Assembly: GCA_964618805.1 (NCBI GenBank)
Contig: CAZUBM010000003.1
Location: forward strand, 23,742 to 87,741
Length of the DNA: 64,000 nt
Direction: 5' to 3'
From: an uncultured Nitrososphaerota archaeon
Lineage (GTDB): Archaea > Korarchaeota > Korarchaeia > Korarchaeales > Korarchaeaceae
Program-made: the position numbers and the translations under genes
The notes under the pieces: generated by a model
The model's database searches: none
Seen by the model: the letters and a program-made list of their open reading frames with translations, nothing else
Told to the model about the DNA's origin: nothing
Shown: in pieces, positions 48,615-58,346 of the stretch
Layout of the letters: each line of letters opens with the position of its first letter
How positions within the stretch are numbered: the stretch's first letter is position 1

Positions 48615-48626
48615 AAGGATATCGGA

Positions 48627-49733
48627 TTGAAGGGAATTTACTGTCTAATAGGTAAGCTCACATCAGATTCAGATATTAGAGTAGGATCTCTAGGTAGGAT
48701 TAGTTTCAAAGAGGGGTACTATGCATACGTAGGTTCAGCCATGAACAATCTTGAGAAAAGGGTTGAAAGACACTTTAGCAAGAATAAGAGGATAAGATGG
48801 CACATAGACTACTTAATTGCCGATCCCAGCTTCATTCCAATGACAGCGATCTATAGAGAGACAGAGAATAAAGAGGAAGAGCATAGACTTGCAAGTCTTA
48901 TAAACGGAAAAGGACGTCCTATCCCGTTCTTCGGGAGCAGCGACTGTAACTGCCCTTCTCACCTTTTCTTCATGGGAAAATCTCTAGAAGAAGCCAGGAT
49001 TGAGCTCGAAAACGCTTTTATCGAATTAGGTGGGGGACATAGGTTTTTAGAGAGAGTAAGCTATGTTATATTCGATTTAGACAATACTTTAGTGAACTAC
49101 AACGATGCAAGAGATCTTTCGTTGATTACTTTAGGGAAAAAATACTCAAGAGATCTAGAAGAATTCTTAAGAGCCTATAAATCATTAAAGCAGGCAAGAT
49201 ACAACAAATTTCCGCAGTCTCCGGAAAGATATCGAAAGGGGCCCATCTTTGCTGAAATAGTTGAGACACTTAAGATGGATGTAGATCCGAGTTTCCTTGA
49301 GGAGGAATACTGGAAGCTGGTTCTAGATAACCTAAGACTTGTTAAAGGGGCGAAAGAGATTATGAGATGGATAAAGAATTCAGGGGGGAAGATCTACATT
49401 TTTTCTGATGGAATAAGAAGATGGCAAGAAGCTAAGCTCTCACTAACAAGCCTGCTCGAAATAATAGAGGACAGAGTATATAGCGAAGACCTAGGCCTAA
49501 ACAAGATAAATCCTAGCTCTTATGAGACAATGCTATCTTTGCTTGGATTGAAAAAAGAGGAATCGATTTTCATAGGAGATTGCTATGAGACCGACGTAAA
49601 AATTCCTTTAAGCATAGGATTAAGGTCAATCCTCTTTTCAGAAAGCGAAGAATTACATTTTCTTGGGCCCATTGGAGTACCTATCATTAGTTCTCTCTTA
49701 GAGCTCGAAGATATTTTGAGATTCAGGATATAA
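48627..49733 (+). CDS. GIY-YIG (DUF123/Uri) nuclease fused to HAD phosphatase
   Basis: KGIYCL..YAYVGSA..RVERH..WHIDYL..FGSSDCNCPSHL, then FDLDNTL..FSDG..K..IGDCYETD. Confidence 0.8.
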   Translation: MKGIYCLIGKLTSDSDIRVGSLGRISFKEGYYAYVGSAMNNLEKRVERHFSKNKRIRWHIDYLIADPSFIPMTAIYRETENKEEEHRLASLINGKGRPIPFFGSSDCNCPSHLFFMGKSLEEARIELENAFIELGGGHRFLERVSYVIFDLDNTLVNYNDARDLSLITLGKKYSRDLEEFLRAYKSLKQARYNKFPQSPERYRKGPIFAEIVETLKMDVDPSFLEEEYWKLVLDNLRLVKGAKEIMRWIKNSGGKIYIFSDGIRRWQEAKLSLTSLLEIIEDRVYSEDLGLNKINPSSYETMLSLLGLKKEESIFIGDCYETDVKIPLSIGLRSILFSESEELHFLGPIGVPIISSLLELEDILRFRI

Positions 49734-50041
49734 GTACTCCAATCGAATCCTAAGAATTAGTTTATAGATCAATCTTAAGTTGCGTTGAGGCAGACATATA
49801 GCGATTTAGTTGTCCATGATCTAATTAGGGGATCTCCTCTTTTCCAAGCGAGAATGGCTGTTAAAAAGAAGTTTTGCGGACACCTGATTTGAGAATTTAT
49901 CTCCTTCTGCTTTTCTCTTGCTGAATCCTAGAGGGCTAGGATCATTGAGTTCAATTTCCTATCATATGATTTCTATTTGTCAATAATTATGGATGTAAAA
50001 GCGTTTTTTATTAGTTAGGAAAACGGAATAAGTGGTCAAGA

Positions 50042-50486
50042 GTGGTTGCTAAGACCAAGCTAGATGAAAAAGACCTAGTTATCGTAAGAATGCTAATGAA
50101 GAACGCAAGAACCCCTTTATCTGATATCGCTAAGGAGCTAGAAATAAGCGATGTTGCAGTTAGGAAGAGAGTTACTGAGCTCGAAAAATGGGTGTATTAT
50201 TGGGCTATACCGCTAGAGTCAACCCAAAGGCCCTGGGATATGAGGTCGTATCCCTTACAGGGATAGACGTTGAATCAGAGAACTTATTAGCAGTTGCTCA
50301 GGAGATCGCCAAAAAGCCTTATTCAAAATCTGTCTGCATCACAACTGGAGATCATGCGATAATGGTTGAAATTTGGGAAAAAACGGTGAGGAGATGTCGA
50401 AGATCATCAAGGAAATATCAGGCCTTTCAGGAGTTAAGAGAATTTGCCCAGCCATAGTAATGAACTTTCTGAAGCAAAAATGCTGA
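50042..50486 (+). pseudogene. Lrp/AsnC (LrpA-like) regulator with two frameshifts in A-runs
   Basis: Adding one A at the A5 run (50184-88) and one at the A6 run (50378-83) gives ..RKRVTELEK-MGVLLGY..TTGDHAIMVEIWEK-NGEEMSKIIKEISGLSGVKRICPAIV..stop 50486. Confidence 0.8.
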
Positions 50487-50530
50487 AATTGTATGATTTC
50501 ACTAATTGGCTTTTATCTCTCTATGTAAAG

Positions 50531-51568
50531 CTATAGACCAAATAGATTGGATATCGATTCCATTAAAGGAGGCCTTAGGATCCCTTTTTCGGTCAGAATA
50601 CCGGCCAAATACTCGGGTGGAGTCATATCAAAGGCCGGATTCAACACTCTTACACCAGATGGGGCTATTCTCACTCCTTTGATCTCTATAACTTCCCCTG
50701 GGTTCCTTTGCTCTATAACTACATCCTCTCTCTTGGACTTAAGGTCGAATGTCGAGGTAGGTGCAACGGAGTAGAAGGGAACCCCGTGCTCCTTTGAAAT
50801 TATAGCAAGATTGTAGGTTCCTATCTTGTTGAAGATAGTTCCATCTCTTAGTATCCTATCTGCTCCAACAAGCACGAGGTCTACCCCAATTTCTCTCATA
50901 ACATACCCTGATGCGCCATCCACTATCAATGTAACTGGTATGCCCGCATAGTGAAGCTCGAATGCTGTTAGTCTAGCACCCTGTAGCACAGGTCTAGTTT
51001 CTAGGGCAATTACCTTGATCTTTTTCCCTTTTTCCCACGCTAAGTAAATCGGAGCCAAGACTGTTCCAAGATGCACTGTGGCCAGGCTTCCTGCATTGCA
51101 GATAGTCATTATGGTTTGTCCGTCCTCGATAAGCTCTTGGCCATACTCTCCTATCATCCTATTTGACTCAACATCTTCCTCTGCTATCTTCAGGGCCTCT
51201 TCCAAAACCCTTTTCCTCATGTCTTGCAGACTTTTCCCAGCCTTGGCTGCTCTCATTACCCTATTTATAGCCCAAAAAAGGTTTACTGCTGTAGGCCTTG
51301 TTCTCCTAAGTCTTCTGGCAGCTTTCTCCACTTCTGAGAAAAATTCGTTTTCATCCTCTGCTTTAGAATAATAGGCAACCAAGGCTAATCCGAATGCGGC
51401 TGTAGCTCCAATTGCAGGGGCTCCTCTTACCTTCATCTCCTCTATTGCTCTAGCAACACATTCCACATCTTCGCATTCAACAAACGTCAGTTCCTCAGGC
51501 AATTTCGTTTGGTCTATCAGGATAACCTTTCCTTTCTCCCACCTAACAGTCCTTGGAAGAATTCGCAT
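50531..51568 (-). CDS. mtnA: Methylthioribose-1-phosphate isomerase
   Basis: IDQTKLP, VRGAPAIG, TRPTAVNL, TICNAGSLA, ETRPVLQGARLT, NKIGT, NPAFD. Confidence 0.9.
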   Translation of the reverse strand: MRILPRTVRWEKGKVILIDQTKLPEELTFVECEDVECVARAIEEMKVRGAPAIGATAAFGLALVAYYSKAEDENEFFSEVEKAARRLRRTRPTAVNLFWAINRVMRAAKAGKSLQDMRKRVLEEALKIAEEDVESNRMIGEYGQELIEDGQTIMTICNAGSLATVHLGTVLAPIYLAWEKGKKIKVIALETRPVLQGARLTAFELHYAGIPVTLIVDGASGYVMREIGVDLVLVGADRILRDGTIFNKIGTYNLAIISKEHGVPFYSVAPTSTFDLKSKREDVVIEQRNPGEVIEIKGVRIAPSGVRVLNPAFDMTPPEYLAGILTEKGILRPPLMESISNLFGL

Positions 51569-51583
51569 AGGAAAAATTGTGGC

Positions 51584-52246
51584 TTAAATTTCATAATCTT
51601 TCCAAAACCTTAGAGGTTTTATCCCTAGGCTCTTTCCTACTAAACTTGGTAAGTCAAGCACCGCGTTTGCTTTTCTTATGACGGCAACATCGCTGCTTGC
51701 AGCTATTTCTCCCCTAGAAACTTCAGTATCAACACTTTTTTCGGTCTTAGCATCTCCTTTAATTTTTGTAGATGCAAGAAAGTTTCGAACCCTTGCAGAT
51801 AATTCCCCGCTCCTACTTATTGGTTGATCAAAGAGCACCAAAACTTCTCTAGGTCTTATCTTCTCCAACTCTGTTATAAGAAGTCCTATTGCCTTATCAG
51901 CAATTTTTCTTTGATGGAACGATCTATATGCAGAAGTTATGTCTCTTACAAAGCCATCATTAGAGAGGAACACGGGCTCTCCTTTGATGAAAGCCTGGAT
52001 CGTTCCTAGTACGTTGTAGCCATCCACTCTTATCTCCTTCCCAAAAGCAAATTCAGGAGGGATTCTCTTCAACGAATTAGTAGTAGCTTCCTCGGGCCAT
52101 CTTACGATCTTTCTAAGAGCAAAAAGCTCCTTATCTGAGAGAGAATACTTAGCTGAGATAAGTGAAAAGGATGGCTTTTCAGGATATCCCCTATAAGCCA
52201 GAGCTGCTAACTCTCTAGCTGCTGAAAGGAGAATTTTAACCTGCAC
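51584..52246 (-). CDS. DUF434-domain protein (PIN/NYN-like)
   Basis: RGYP..Y.L, VDGYNVL, DGFVRD, DQPISRSG, SSD. Confidence 0.75.
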   Translation of the reverse strand: MQVKILLSAARELAALAYRGYPEKPSFSLISAKYSLSDKELFALRKIVRWPEEATTNSLKRIPPEFAFGKEIRVDGYNVLGTIQAFIKGEPVFLSNDGFVRDITSAYRSFHQRKIADKAIGLLITELEKIRPREVLVLFDQPISRSGELSARVRNFLASTKIKGDAKTEKSVDTEVSRGEIAASSDVAVIRKANAVLDLPSLVGKSLGIKPLRFWKDYEI

Positions 52247-54998
52247 TTAACGTTTCCCTCACTATCTTCATTATTTTCCTTGTGATTTCGCTTGGTGTAA
52301 CCGTGGAAGGAACAGATCCCCTACCTAGCTTAGGAGATCCTCCTCCTCCCCCGCCAAACTCACTAACTATTCTCCTTAAGATGTTGCCAGCATGTATTCC
52401 GGCATCAACAGCTTCATCTCCTGCCATTAAAGATATAAATCTATCAGTACCGGACGATACAACGAGAACTACGCATTTCTTAATTGTTCTAACGACATCA
52501 TCTAAGGTCTTGACTATCAAATCTTTGTCAGCGATCTCCGTCTGCACCCAAGCCAACCTAATGTTCTTTACCTCCTCTGCGCTTAGAAGAGCTCTCTTTA
52601 TATCCGATCTTAGCCTAGCAGATCTTTCAGCTTCAAGTTCTTTTCTCAGAATTTTGTTCTCATTTATCACACCTTTAACGGCTTCAATAACCTGATCAGG
52701 AGGTTTTGCAAAGATTTCAGAGAGTTGTTTTAGTTCCTCATAATATGATAACAGTCTCTTAACAGCGGAGGAACCAGCACTGAATTCCAATCTAACTACA
52801 CCATCTTGGATCCTTTTTGATCTCCAAATCTTTATAGGACCTATTTCACCAGTCCTTTGAACGTGAGTTCCACCACATGCCTGAACATTGAAGTCATCTA
52901 TTTCCACAATTCTAATCGTTGTTCCCGGAACTAGACCTCCTTGATATATTACAAATCCATATTTTCTCTCTGCTTCATGCCTCGGGAGCCAGAAAGTCCT
53001 TACTTCCATATTTTTCATTACGGCCTCGTTAGCGATCTCTTCTATCCTCCTAAGCTCTTCCCTTGACACCGACTTGTAATGACTTATGTCAAGCCTGCTC
53101 TCTTCCTCTCCTTTTTGGGCTCCCCACTGCCATACATGATCCCCCAGAACGATCTTAGCGGATGCTAGAATCACATGAGTTGCCGTATGATGTCTCATGA
53201 GGGAAAGTCTTCTCTCCCTCTCTATAATCCCCTTAACGACGGTTCCTGGTTTAAGCAGATCAAGGCTAGAGCCTCTAACATGGTGAAGAACCCTGTCTTT
53301 CACCTTTTCAACAAAGGTAACCTCGAATCTCGAGCTATCAGATGTTAGATAGCCAATATCTGAGGGCTGACCTCCTCCCTCAGGATAGAATGCCGTTCTA
53401 TCAAGGATTATAGCGTCGTCTATTATTCCAAGTACTTTTGCTTCGAATTCAAACTGATATGGATTCTTGTAATAGAGGAACTCAGTCTTGGGATAGATAT
53501 CCACTTTATCTACGTAAGGGGATATTTCTGGAGGTTTTGGCTGAGCGCTCTCGTGCCTTGCTGCTACCATCTCATAGAAGTTCTCAGGAATTTCCACAGA
53601 CATTCCAAAATCAGCAGCAACCTTTGATACCATTTCTGGAGGTATTCCATGTGAATCATAGAGCTCTATTAGCGCATCCGTGGATATCCTTTCTTGCTTT
53701 TCCTTTTTCAGCTTTTTTGCCATTCTTGATATAAGAGAAATACCTTTCTCTATCGTCCTGTGATATCTATCTTCCTCTAGATCCACAATCTCAATTATCC
53801 TGTCCTCTGCCTCTCTAAGTTCTGGAAAGCTCCTTCCCCAATGCTCAATCTGGAGTGCTACCAACTCAGAGAGGGGTAACTCCGCCTCTAGTGAGGACAA
53901 AATCCTCAGACTCCTCCTGATCAAAAGCCTGCACAAATATCCTTCCTGAACATTTGAAGGCACGGCTCCATCAGCAAGCATGAACGATATCGCCTTAGTG
54001 TGATCTAGCACTGCAAAAACTTTTTCTAAGCCAGAAATTTCCCTTTCAAGGTCTGAAACATCCATATCAAGCCTTCTTGCCATCTCAACTCTTATTTCCT
54101 CTTTTTTCAAGCCTTTCTCTATTCCTATCATAAGGGACGAAAGCTTGGAGTAAGATTCTAGAAGGCTTTGATCAGGCTTACTCACACCTAGTTTGTCTAG
54201 GAAGGCATCAACAAGCCCTTCATAAACAGCCTCAAAGGCTGAGGGAGTGCCCTGAGAGAGCCAAACTATCCTCTCTAGTCCATAGCCTGTGTCAACTATC
54301 CTGTTCTCCATCTCAACATAGCCCGTAGGGGTCTCCTTAAGGTTCATGAAGACTAACGTGGCTACTTCTAAGCCCCCTATCATGGGCTCAACATCGGGTC
54401 CTGCATTCCCCCCTCCTTCCCAGAATCCTTCCTTGTAAGTAATTTCTTCATCTTTTACGCCTAAAACCTGAGTAGCATATTCATGAAATAGCTCTACCGT
54501 CCTGTTCATCCAATATATCTCTTTTTTTCGCGTATTGAAGGCATGATGGGCCATCATCTCGAATATGGTAAGGTGCCTGCCCATGGTAGGACCAACTTTG
54601 TCCATGTCCTTCAGCCTTATGCAGGGCTGAGAGATTGTTAAGGGGTTTGCTGGTGGAGGTATGAGTCCAGCTGTGACGTATGGTTGGAAATCGACTATTG
54701 AAGCACTTGTGAGAAAGAGATCATCCCTCCATTTAGCAAGCACAGGATATCTGTTAACCCTTGTATGCCCTTTGCTCTCCATAAATGAGAGGAACGCCTC
54801 TCTTCCTTCATCTATTGAGAACTTCTTAGGTAATCCTCTTCCTATGAAGGAATAGGGTTCGCAGGGAGCCTCTCCACACAGTTCTCTGTCAGAATCTAGG
54901 GTCCAGAAGTACTCCCCGCAAACAGGGCATTTCTTTCTTACAAACCCTCTCTCATTGAAAAACTCCAGAGAGAGGGGCTTTTTACGAGTTTCCCCCAT
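52236..54998 (-). CDS. alaS: Alanyl-tRNA synthetase
   Basis: CPVCG, ASIVDFQP, FEMMAHH, DTGYGLER, HTATH editing motif, ACGGTH, GGGGG. Confidence 0.97.
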   Translation of the reverse strand: MGETRKKPLSLEFFNERGFVRKKCPVCGEYFWTLDSDRELCGEAPCEPYSFIGRGLPKKFSIDEGREAFLSFMESKGHTRVNRYPVLAKWRDDLFLTSASIVDFQPYVTAGLIPPPANPLTISQPCIRLKDMDKVGPTMGRHLTIFEMMAHHAFNTRKKEIYWMNRTVELFHEYATQVLGVKDEEITYKEGFWEGGGNAGPDVEPMIGGLEVATLVFMNLKETPTGYVEMENRIVDTGYGLERIVWLSQGTPSAFEAVYEGLVDAFLDKLGVSKPDQSLLESYSKLSSLMIGIEKGLKKEEIRVEMARRLDMDVSDLEREISGLEKVFAVLDHTKAISFMLADGAVPSNVQEGYLCRLLIRRSLRILSSLEAELPLSELVALQIEHWGRSFPELREAEDRIIEIVDLEEDRYHRTIEKGISLISRMAKKLKKEKQERISTDALIELYDSHGIPPEMVSKVAADFGMSVEIPENFYEMVAARHESAQPKPPEISPYVDKVDIYPKTEFLYYKNPYQFEFEAKVLGIIDDAIILDRTAFYPEGGGQPSDIGYLTSDSSRFEVTFVEKVKDRVLHHVRGSSLDLLKPGTVVKGIIERERRLSLMRHHTATHVILASAKIVLGDHVWQWGAQKGEEESRLDISHYKSVSREELRRIEEIANEAVMKNMEVRTFWLPRHEAERKYGFVIYQGGLVPGTTIRIVEIDDFNVQACGGTHVQRTGEIGPIKIWRSKRIQDGVVRLEFSAGSSAVKRLLSYYEELKQLSEIFAKPPDQVIEAVKGVINENKILRKELEAERSARLRSDIKRALLSAEEVKNIRLAWVQTEIADKDLIVKTLDDVVRTIKKCVVLVVSSGTDRFISLMAGDEAVDAGIHAGNILRRIVSEFGGGGGGSPKLGRGSVPSTVTPSEITRKIMKIVRETLSAG

Positions 54999-55012
54999 AG
55001 GGGAGCCCCTCT

Positions 55013-55327
55013 CTAGCCAAAGAGAGCGCTAAGCCCAGCCAGGGCTGCTTCCTCTTCTTCCTTCTTCTTTTCCTCCTTCTTCTTTTCTTCCTTAGGCTTC
55101 TCCTCCTCTGCTTTTGCTGCAGTAGCTGGTGCTGCTACTGGAGCTGAAACTGCTTGTTTTAGTACTTCTTCAATGTTCACTTCCGATAAGCTCTCCACCA
55201 ACACCTTAGCTCTTGCAGGATCTGGTGTAGCACCAGCTGCTTCCAATACTTTCTTAATAGTCTCCTCTTCCACAGGCTTTTTGAGCTCGTGAAGCAAGAG
55301 GGCAGCGTATATGTATTCTAGCCCCAT
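55013..55327 (-). CDS. rpl12: 50S ribosomal stalk protein P1/L12
   Basis: [10 protein letters not shown]..Ala-rich hinge..[12 protein letters not shown]. Confidence 0.95.
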   Translation of the reverse strand: MGLEYIYAALLLHELKKPVEEETIKKVLEAAGATPDPARAKVLVESLSEVNIEEVLKQAVSAPVAAPATAAKAEEEKPKEEKKKEEKKKEEEEAALAGLSALFG

Positions 55328-55378
55328 AAATACCACCGTCTCTACTTCAAATTCCTCCGACTATTAAATCTTTATTGG

Positions 55379-57526
55379 TCACCTTCGTCCTAACCTTCTC
55401 ATCGTAGGTCTTTTCTTTCCTAGGCTTATGCCTACGGTAACAGCGATTACAAGCACTCCAACGATGACAACAGTTGCTATTAGGACTACAGTGAGCATTA
55501 CTCTAATTGCAATTGGTTTCATGGCCCTGAACTCAACTACGGATATTGAGAACGTGTACTTTGTTCCACCATCGGGAGAGTAGTAAGTTGCCTCAACCAC
55601 AGTTATGTTGTACTTGCCCGTGGTCAGAGGTCTGAGCTCTAGGAATAGCTCCTTCTCTTCGTTGGGAGGGAGTTCTGAGACGGTGAACTTGACAGTGTTA
55701 GATGTCTCCTCTATATCGCAGCCCTCCCCTACATCGACTATCATGAGAGTATCAGGTAATTGTACAACTATCTCGATGTTTCTAGCAATCCCTGTGCCTT
55801 TATTTCGAACAGATACCCTATAGGACACATAGGATCCGACTATTTCATAGGATTCGGGTCTCTCCTTTATTTCATATTCTATTTCTGGCTTAACAATGCT
55901 AACGACTCCTCCTGGGTTGCTTTGAACGTGTCTTGGAGATCCTGTTTCATCTATATATTCAACAGTAGCCCTATCAATGGGTGCTCTTCCCTCAATCTTT
56001 GCCTTTAGGACATATGACAAAGTAACTGCCTCGTCTGGTCTGAGTATTCCCCTTGTAAGACTTGTTTCCCCGCTGACAAGCTCAAAGAACTGCTCAGGAA
56101 ATATGTCAGTGATTTTGAGGTTTCTAGCTGCTTCCTCTCCTTCGTTTTTTACTGTTACGGTCACACTTAGTGTGCCATTTACCGATACAACCAAGGGTTG
56201 AACCTCTTTGGTAACAACTATCTGCGTTCTTCCGGGCTCGATTACCGTGAAACCTTCCTGCACAGTCGTGTTAAAGTGTCTTCCAGCAAGATCATCCCAT
56301 TCGACAGTTATTGTCACTTTATACGCAGCGCTTCCCGTTATTGGATATTCTGGGGTCTTAACTACGAAAACAACATCTTGAGTGTACCCATTTGGTGGCA
56401 AGGGATATTCTACCACTGTTCCATTTGGGAACTGCTGTATCAAGGTTATTGGCTCCGTAAGTGTTCCAGTTAAGATCCGTCCCAACTGGCTTGGAGCTAA
56501 AAATTGAATTTCTGTCGGAGGATCGACTCTTATCCATATTTTTACGCCATATGCACTTCCATTTCCTTCGTTTCTTACCGAAAATCTGATCTCGACACTT
56601 CCCTTTGGATAAACCAACGTTGCATTCTTCGCTAGAGTTATCCTCAGGTTCGGGTTTCCAGCTTCCTTGAATTTCCTACCGATAACTACGGTGAGTTCTG
56701 CCGTTTCCGTAACCCTAATTCCCTCTGGATAATAATCATAAACTTTAATCGTCTTACCAGAGCCTTGACTTAGTCTTTCGCTCTCTGTTTCATTGTATTT
56801 AAACTCCATTTTGTAATTTAAGGCGAAATTAACCTTGAATTCCGCGTATCTATTGCCCTTAGGATCAAATGAAAAGTGATACTCATAAGTTGTGTTCTTT
56901 CCACTTGGAATCGAGGGTACTGACAGGTTTTCTGGTTCTGAGGAAATTCCTACAACATATAGGAGTTTGTATGTTCCATTTCCCTCAACTTGAGCCAAAT
57001 TACATGACAGATAAGCTTTTGGAGAGGTTGTAGTTCCGTTATTTATCACAGTAACGTTTACTATAACTTCCTGTTTTCCTTCTTCAAATTCTAATGTCCC
57101 AGAGGGAGAAATCTTTAGTTCAAGACCTCCTGGTGGGGAATATATGCATTCCCTAATATTTACATATAGCTCTTCATAGTTAGATCTGTTTATAAAGAAA
57201 TCTATTATGAAAGCTATATTTCCTTTATCATCATATATCCTCCGAGACTCCACATCTGGCATACCTGATCCTATTGGTATTGTGATGCTTTTCTCTATCT
57301 TGAGTCCCTTCCAAATGTTCAAAGCAAAATGATGGATTGACGTTTTTGCCTCAAGTTCGAAAGGTCCAACCTTTATGTCCCCCCTGGTACCATTTTTCAC
57401 TCTAACTCCTCTCCACTCATAGAGAACCGTATTGTTTGCTGTCAATTTGATTTCTAAAGAACTAATATCAAAGATAATTAGCAAGAATAGCAAAAAGATA
57501 ATTGATTTATAACCTAAAGATTTCAA
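55379..57526 (-). CDS. Membrane-anchored surface glycoprotein with tandem Ig-like (CARDB/DUF11) domains
   Basis: Signal peptide; repeated VxVxNxGxxxA modules; many NxT/S sequons; C-terminal TM plus basic tail; GGAGGGTGA SD before TTG 57526. Confidence 0.8.
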   Translation of the reverse strand: MKSLGYKSIIFLLFLLIIFDISSLEIKLTANNTVLYEWRGVRVKNGTRGDIKVGPFELEAKTSIHHFALNIWKGLKIEKSITIPIGSGMPDVESRRIYDDKGNIAFIIDFFINRSNYEELYVNIRECIYSPPGGLELKISPSGTLEFEEGKQEVIVNVTVINNGTTTSPKAYLSCNLAQVEGNGTYKLLYVVGISSEPENLSVPSIPSGKNTTYEYHFSFDPKGNRYAEFKVNFALNYKMEFKYNETESERLSQGSGKTIKVYDYYPEGIRVTETAELTVVIGRKFKEAGNPNLRITLAKNATLVYPKGSVEIRFSVRNEGNGSAYGVKIWIRVDPPTEIQFLAPSQLGRILTGTLTEPITLIQQFPNGTVVEYPLPPNGYTQDVVFVVKTPEYPITGSAAYKVTITVEWDDLAGRHFNTTVQEGFTVIEPGRTQIVVTKEVQPLVVSVNGTLSVTVTVKNEGEEAARNLKITDIFPEQFFELVSGETSLTRGILRPDEAVTLSYVLKAKIEGRAPIDRATVEYIDETGSPRHVQSNPGGVVSIVKPEIEYEIKERPESYEIVGSYVSYRVSVRNKGTGIARNIEIVVQLPDTLMIVDVGEGCDIEETSNTVKFTVSELPPNEEKELFLELRPLTTGKYNITVVEATYYSPDGGTKYTFSISVVEFRAMKPIAIRVMLTVVLIATVVIVGVLVIAVTVGISLGKKRPTMRRLGRR

Positions 57527-57530
57527 AAAA

Positions 57531-58346
57531 TCACCCTCCTTCTCGACAGATAACAAGAGCGTTATATAAGTAAGATCCTACAATTTTTATTACTCGATAT
57601 GGCAAGGTATTGTGCTGGGCCCGTAGCTCAGTTTGGATAGAGCGACGGCCTTCTAAGCCGTAGGTCGCGGGTTCAAGTCCCGCCGGGCCCGCCATTTCCT
57701 TTTTCAGCCAAGTACCATACCCATTCAAGAGGATGTCTAATACTACACTCGGATTTGCAGGGCATCCATCAGGAAGCACGATATCCACGTTCATTGCAAG
57801 AGTTTCGGAGAGATTTGGCGGCCAACATCTAGCATACGCTTTCTCACCAGAAGCAGGATCAACCACTGCTATGACGTCTATCCCCTTTCCAGGAGGCGGG
57901 ACCTCTAATACATATGGTCCCCACATCGCTAGAATTAATCGGCCTATTGCTGCATAGAAATCACTGGAGTTGCTACCTCTAACCATGATAGTTGAGTTAT
58001 CCAAGAAAACAACAATTTCAGGCCCTCCCATCTCCTTCCTAATCAGAACTAAGTATGAAGCATTTGAAGATCTCTGCATTGAGCTAAGCTCCGATAACAT
58101 AATTGGTACGAAGTTTCCTTTGTCAGGATCAATATTTCCTCGAGATAGGATGCTTATGGTCCTACCCATGTATTGCATTGCCATAGCAACTTCTCCAGAT
58201 CTATTCAATTCTGAAATCCTTTCATCGTATACCCAATACAGCACGAACTCTTCTGGCTCATGTCTAGCCAAGTGCGTTCCAACCGCTATTATAGTAACAG
58301 CTACAAAAATAACAGCAAATAAAGCTATTAGGTCCCTCTTAACCAA
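57531..58346 (-). CDS. N-terminally membrane-anchored surface protein (ORF runs antisense through tRNA-Arg)
   Basis: TM helix at aa 5-24; TIMVRGSNSSDFYAAIGRLI resembles S-layer C-terminal motif; start overlaps upstream stop. Confidence 0.6.
   Translation of the reverse strand: MVKRDLIALFAVIFVAVTIIAVGTHLARHEPEEFVLYWVYDERISELNRSGEVAMAMQYMGRTISILSRGNIDPDKGNFVPIMLSELSSMQRSSNASYLVLIRKEMGGPEIVVFLDNSTIMVRGSNSSDFYAAIGRLILAMWGPYVLEVPPPGKGIDVIAVVDPASGEKAYARCWPPNLSETLAMNVDIVLPDGCPANPSVVLDILLNGYGTWLKKEMAGPAGLEPATYGLEGRRSIQTELRAQHNTLPYRVIKIVGSYLYNALVICREGG
57617..57694 (+). tRNA. tRNA-Arg(TCT), intronless, genomic CCA
   Basis: GGGCCCGTAGCTCAGTTTGGATAGAGCGACGGCCTTCTAAGCCGTAGGTCGCGGGTTCAAGTCCCGCCGGGCCCGCCA. 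Confidence 0.96.

Noticed and set aside
49734-50041. 300-bp gap before the Lrp gene as a possible small gene or MITE
   Set aside because: Only a start-less ~50-codon minus-strand frame and short palindromes; no terminal inverted repeats with target duplication.
18979-57691. ~29-bp near-identical direct repeat (GGTCGCGGGTTCRAGTCCCGCCGGGCCCG) at 18979-19007 and 57663-57691 as attL/attR of an integrated element
   Set aside because: Both copies belong to complete tRNA-Arg isoacceptor genes; the DNA between is core housekeeping and has no integrase.
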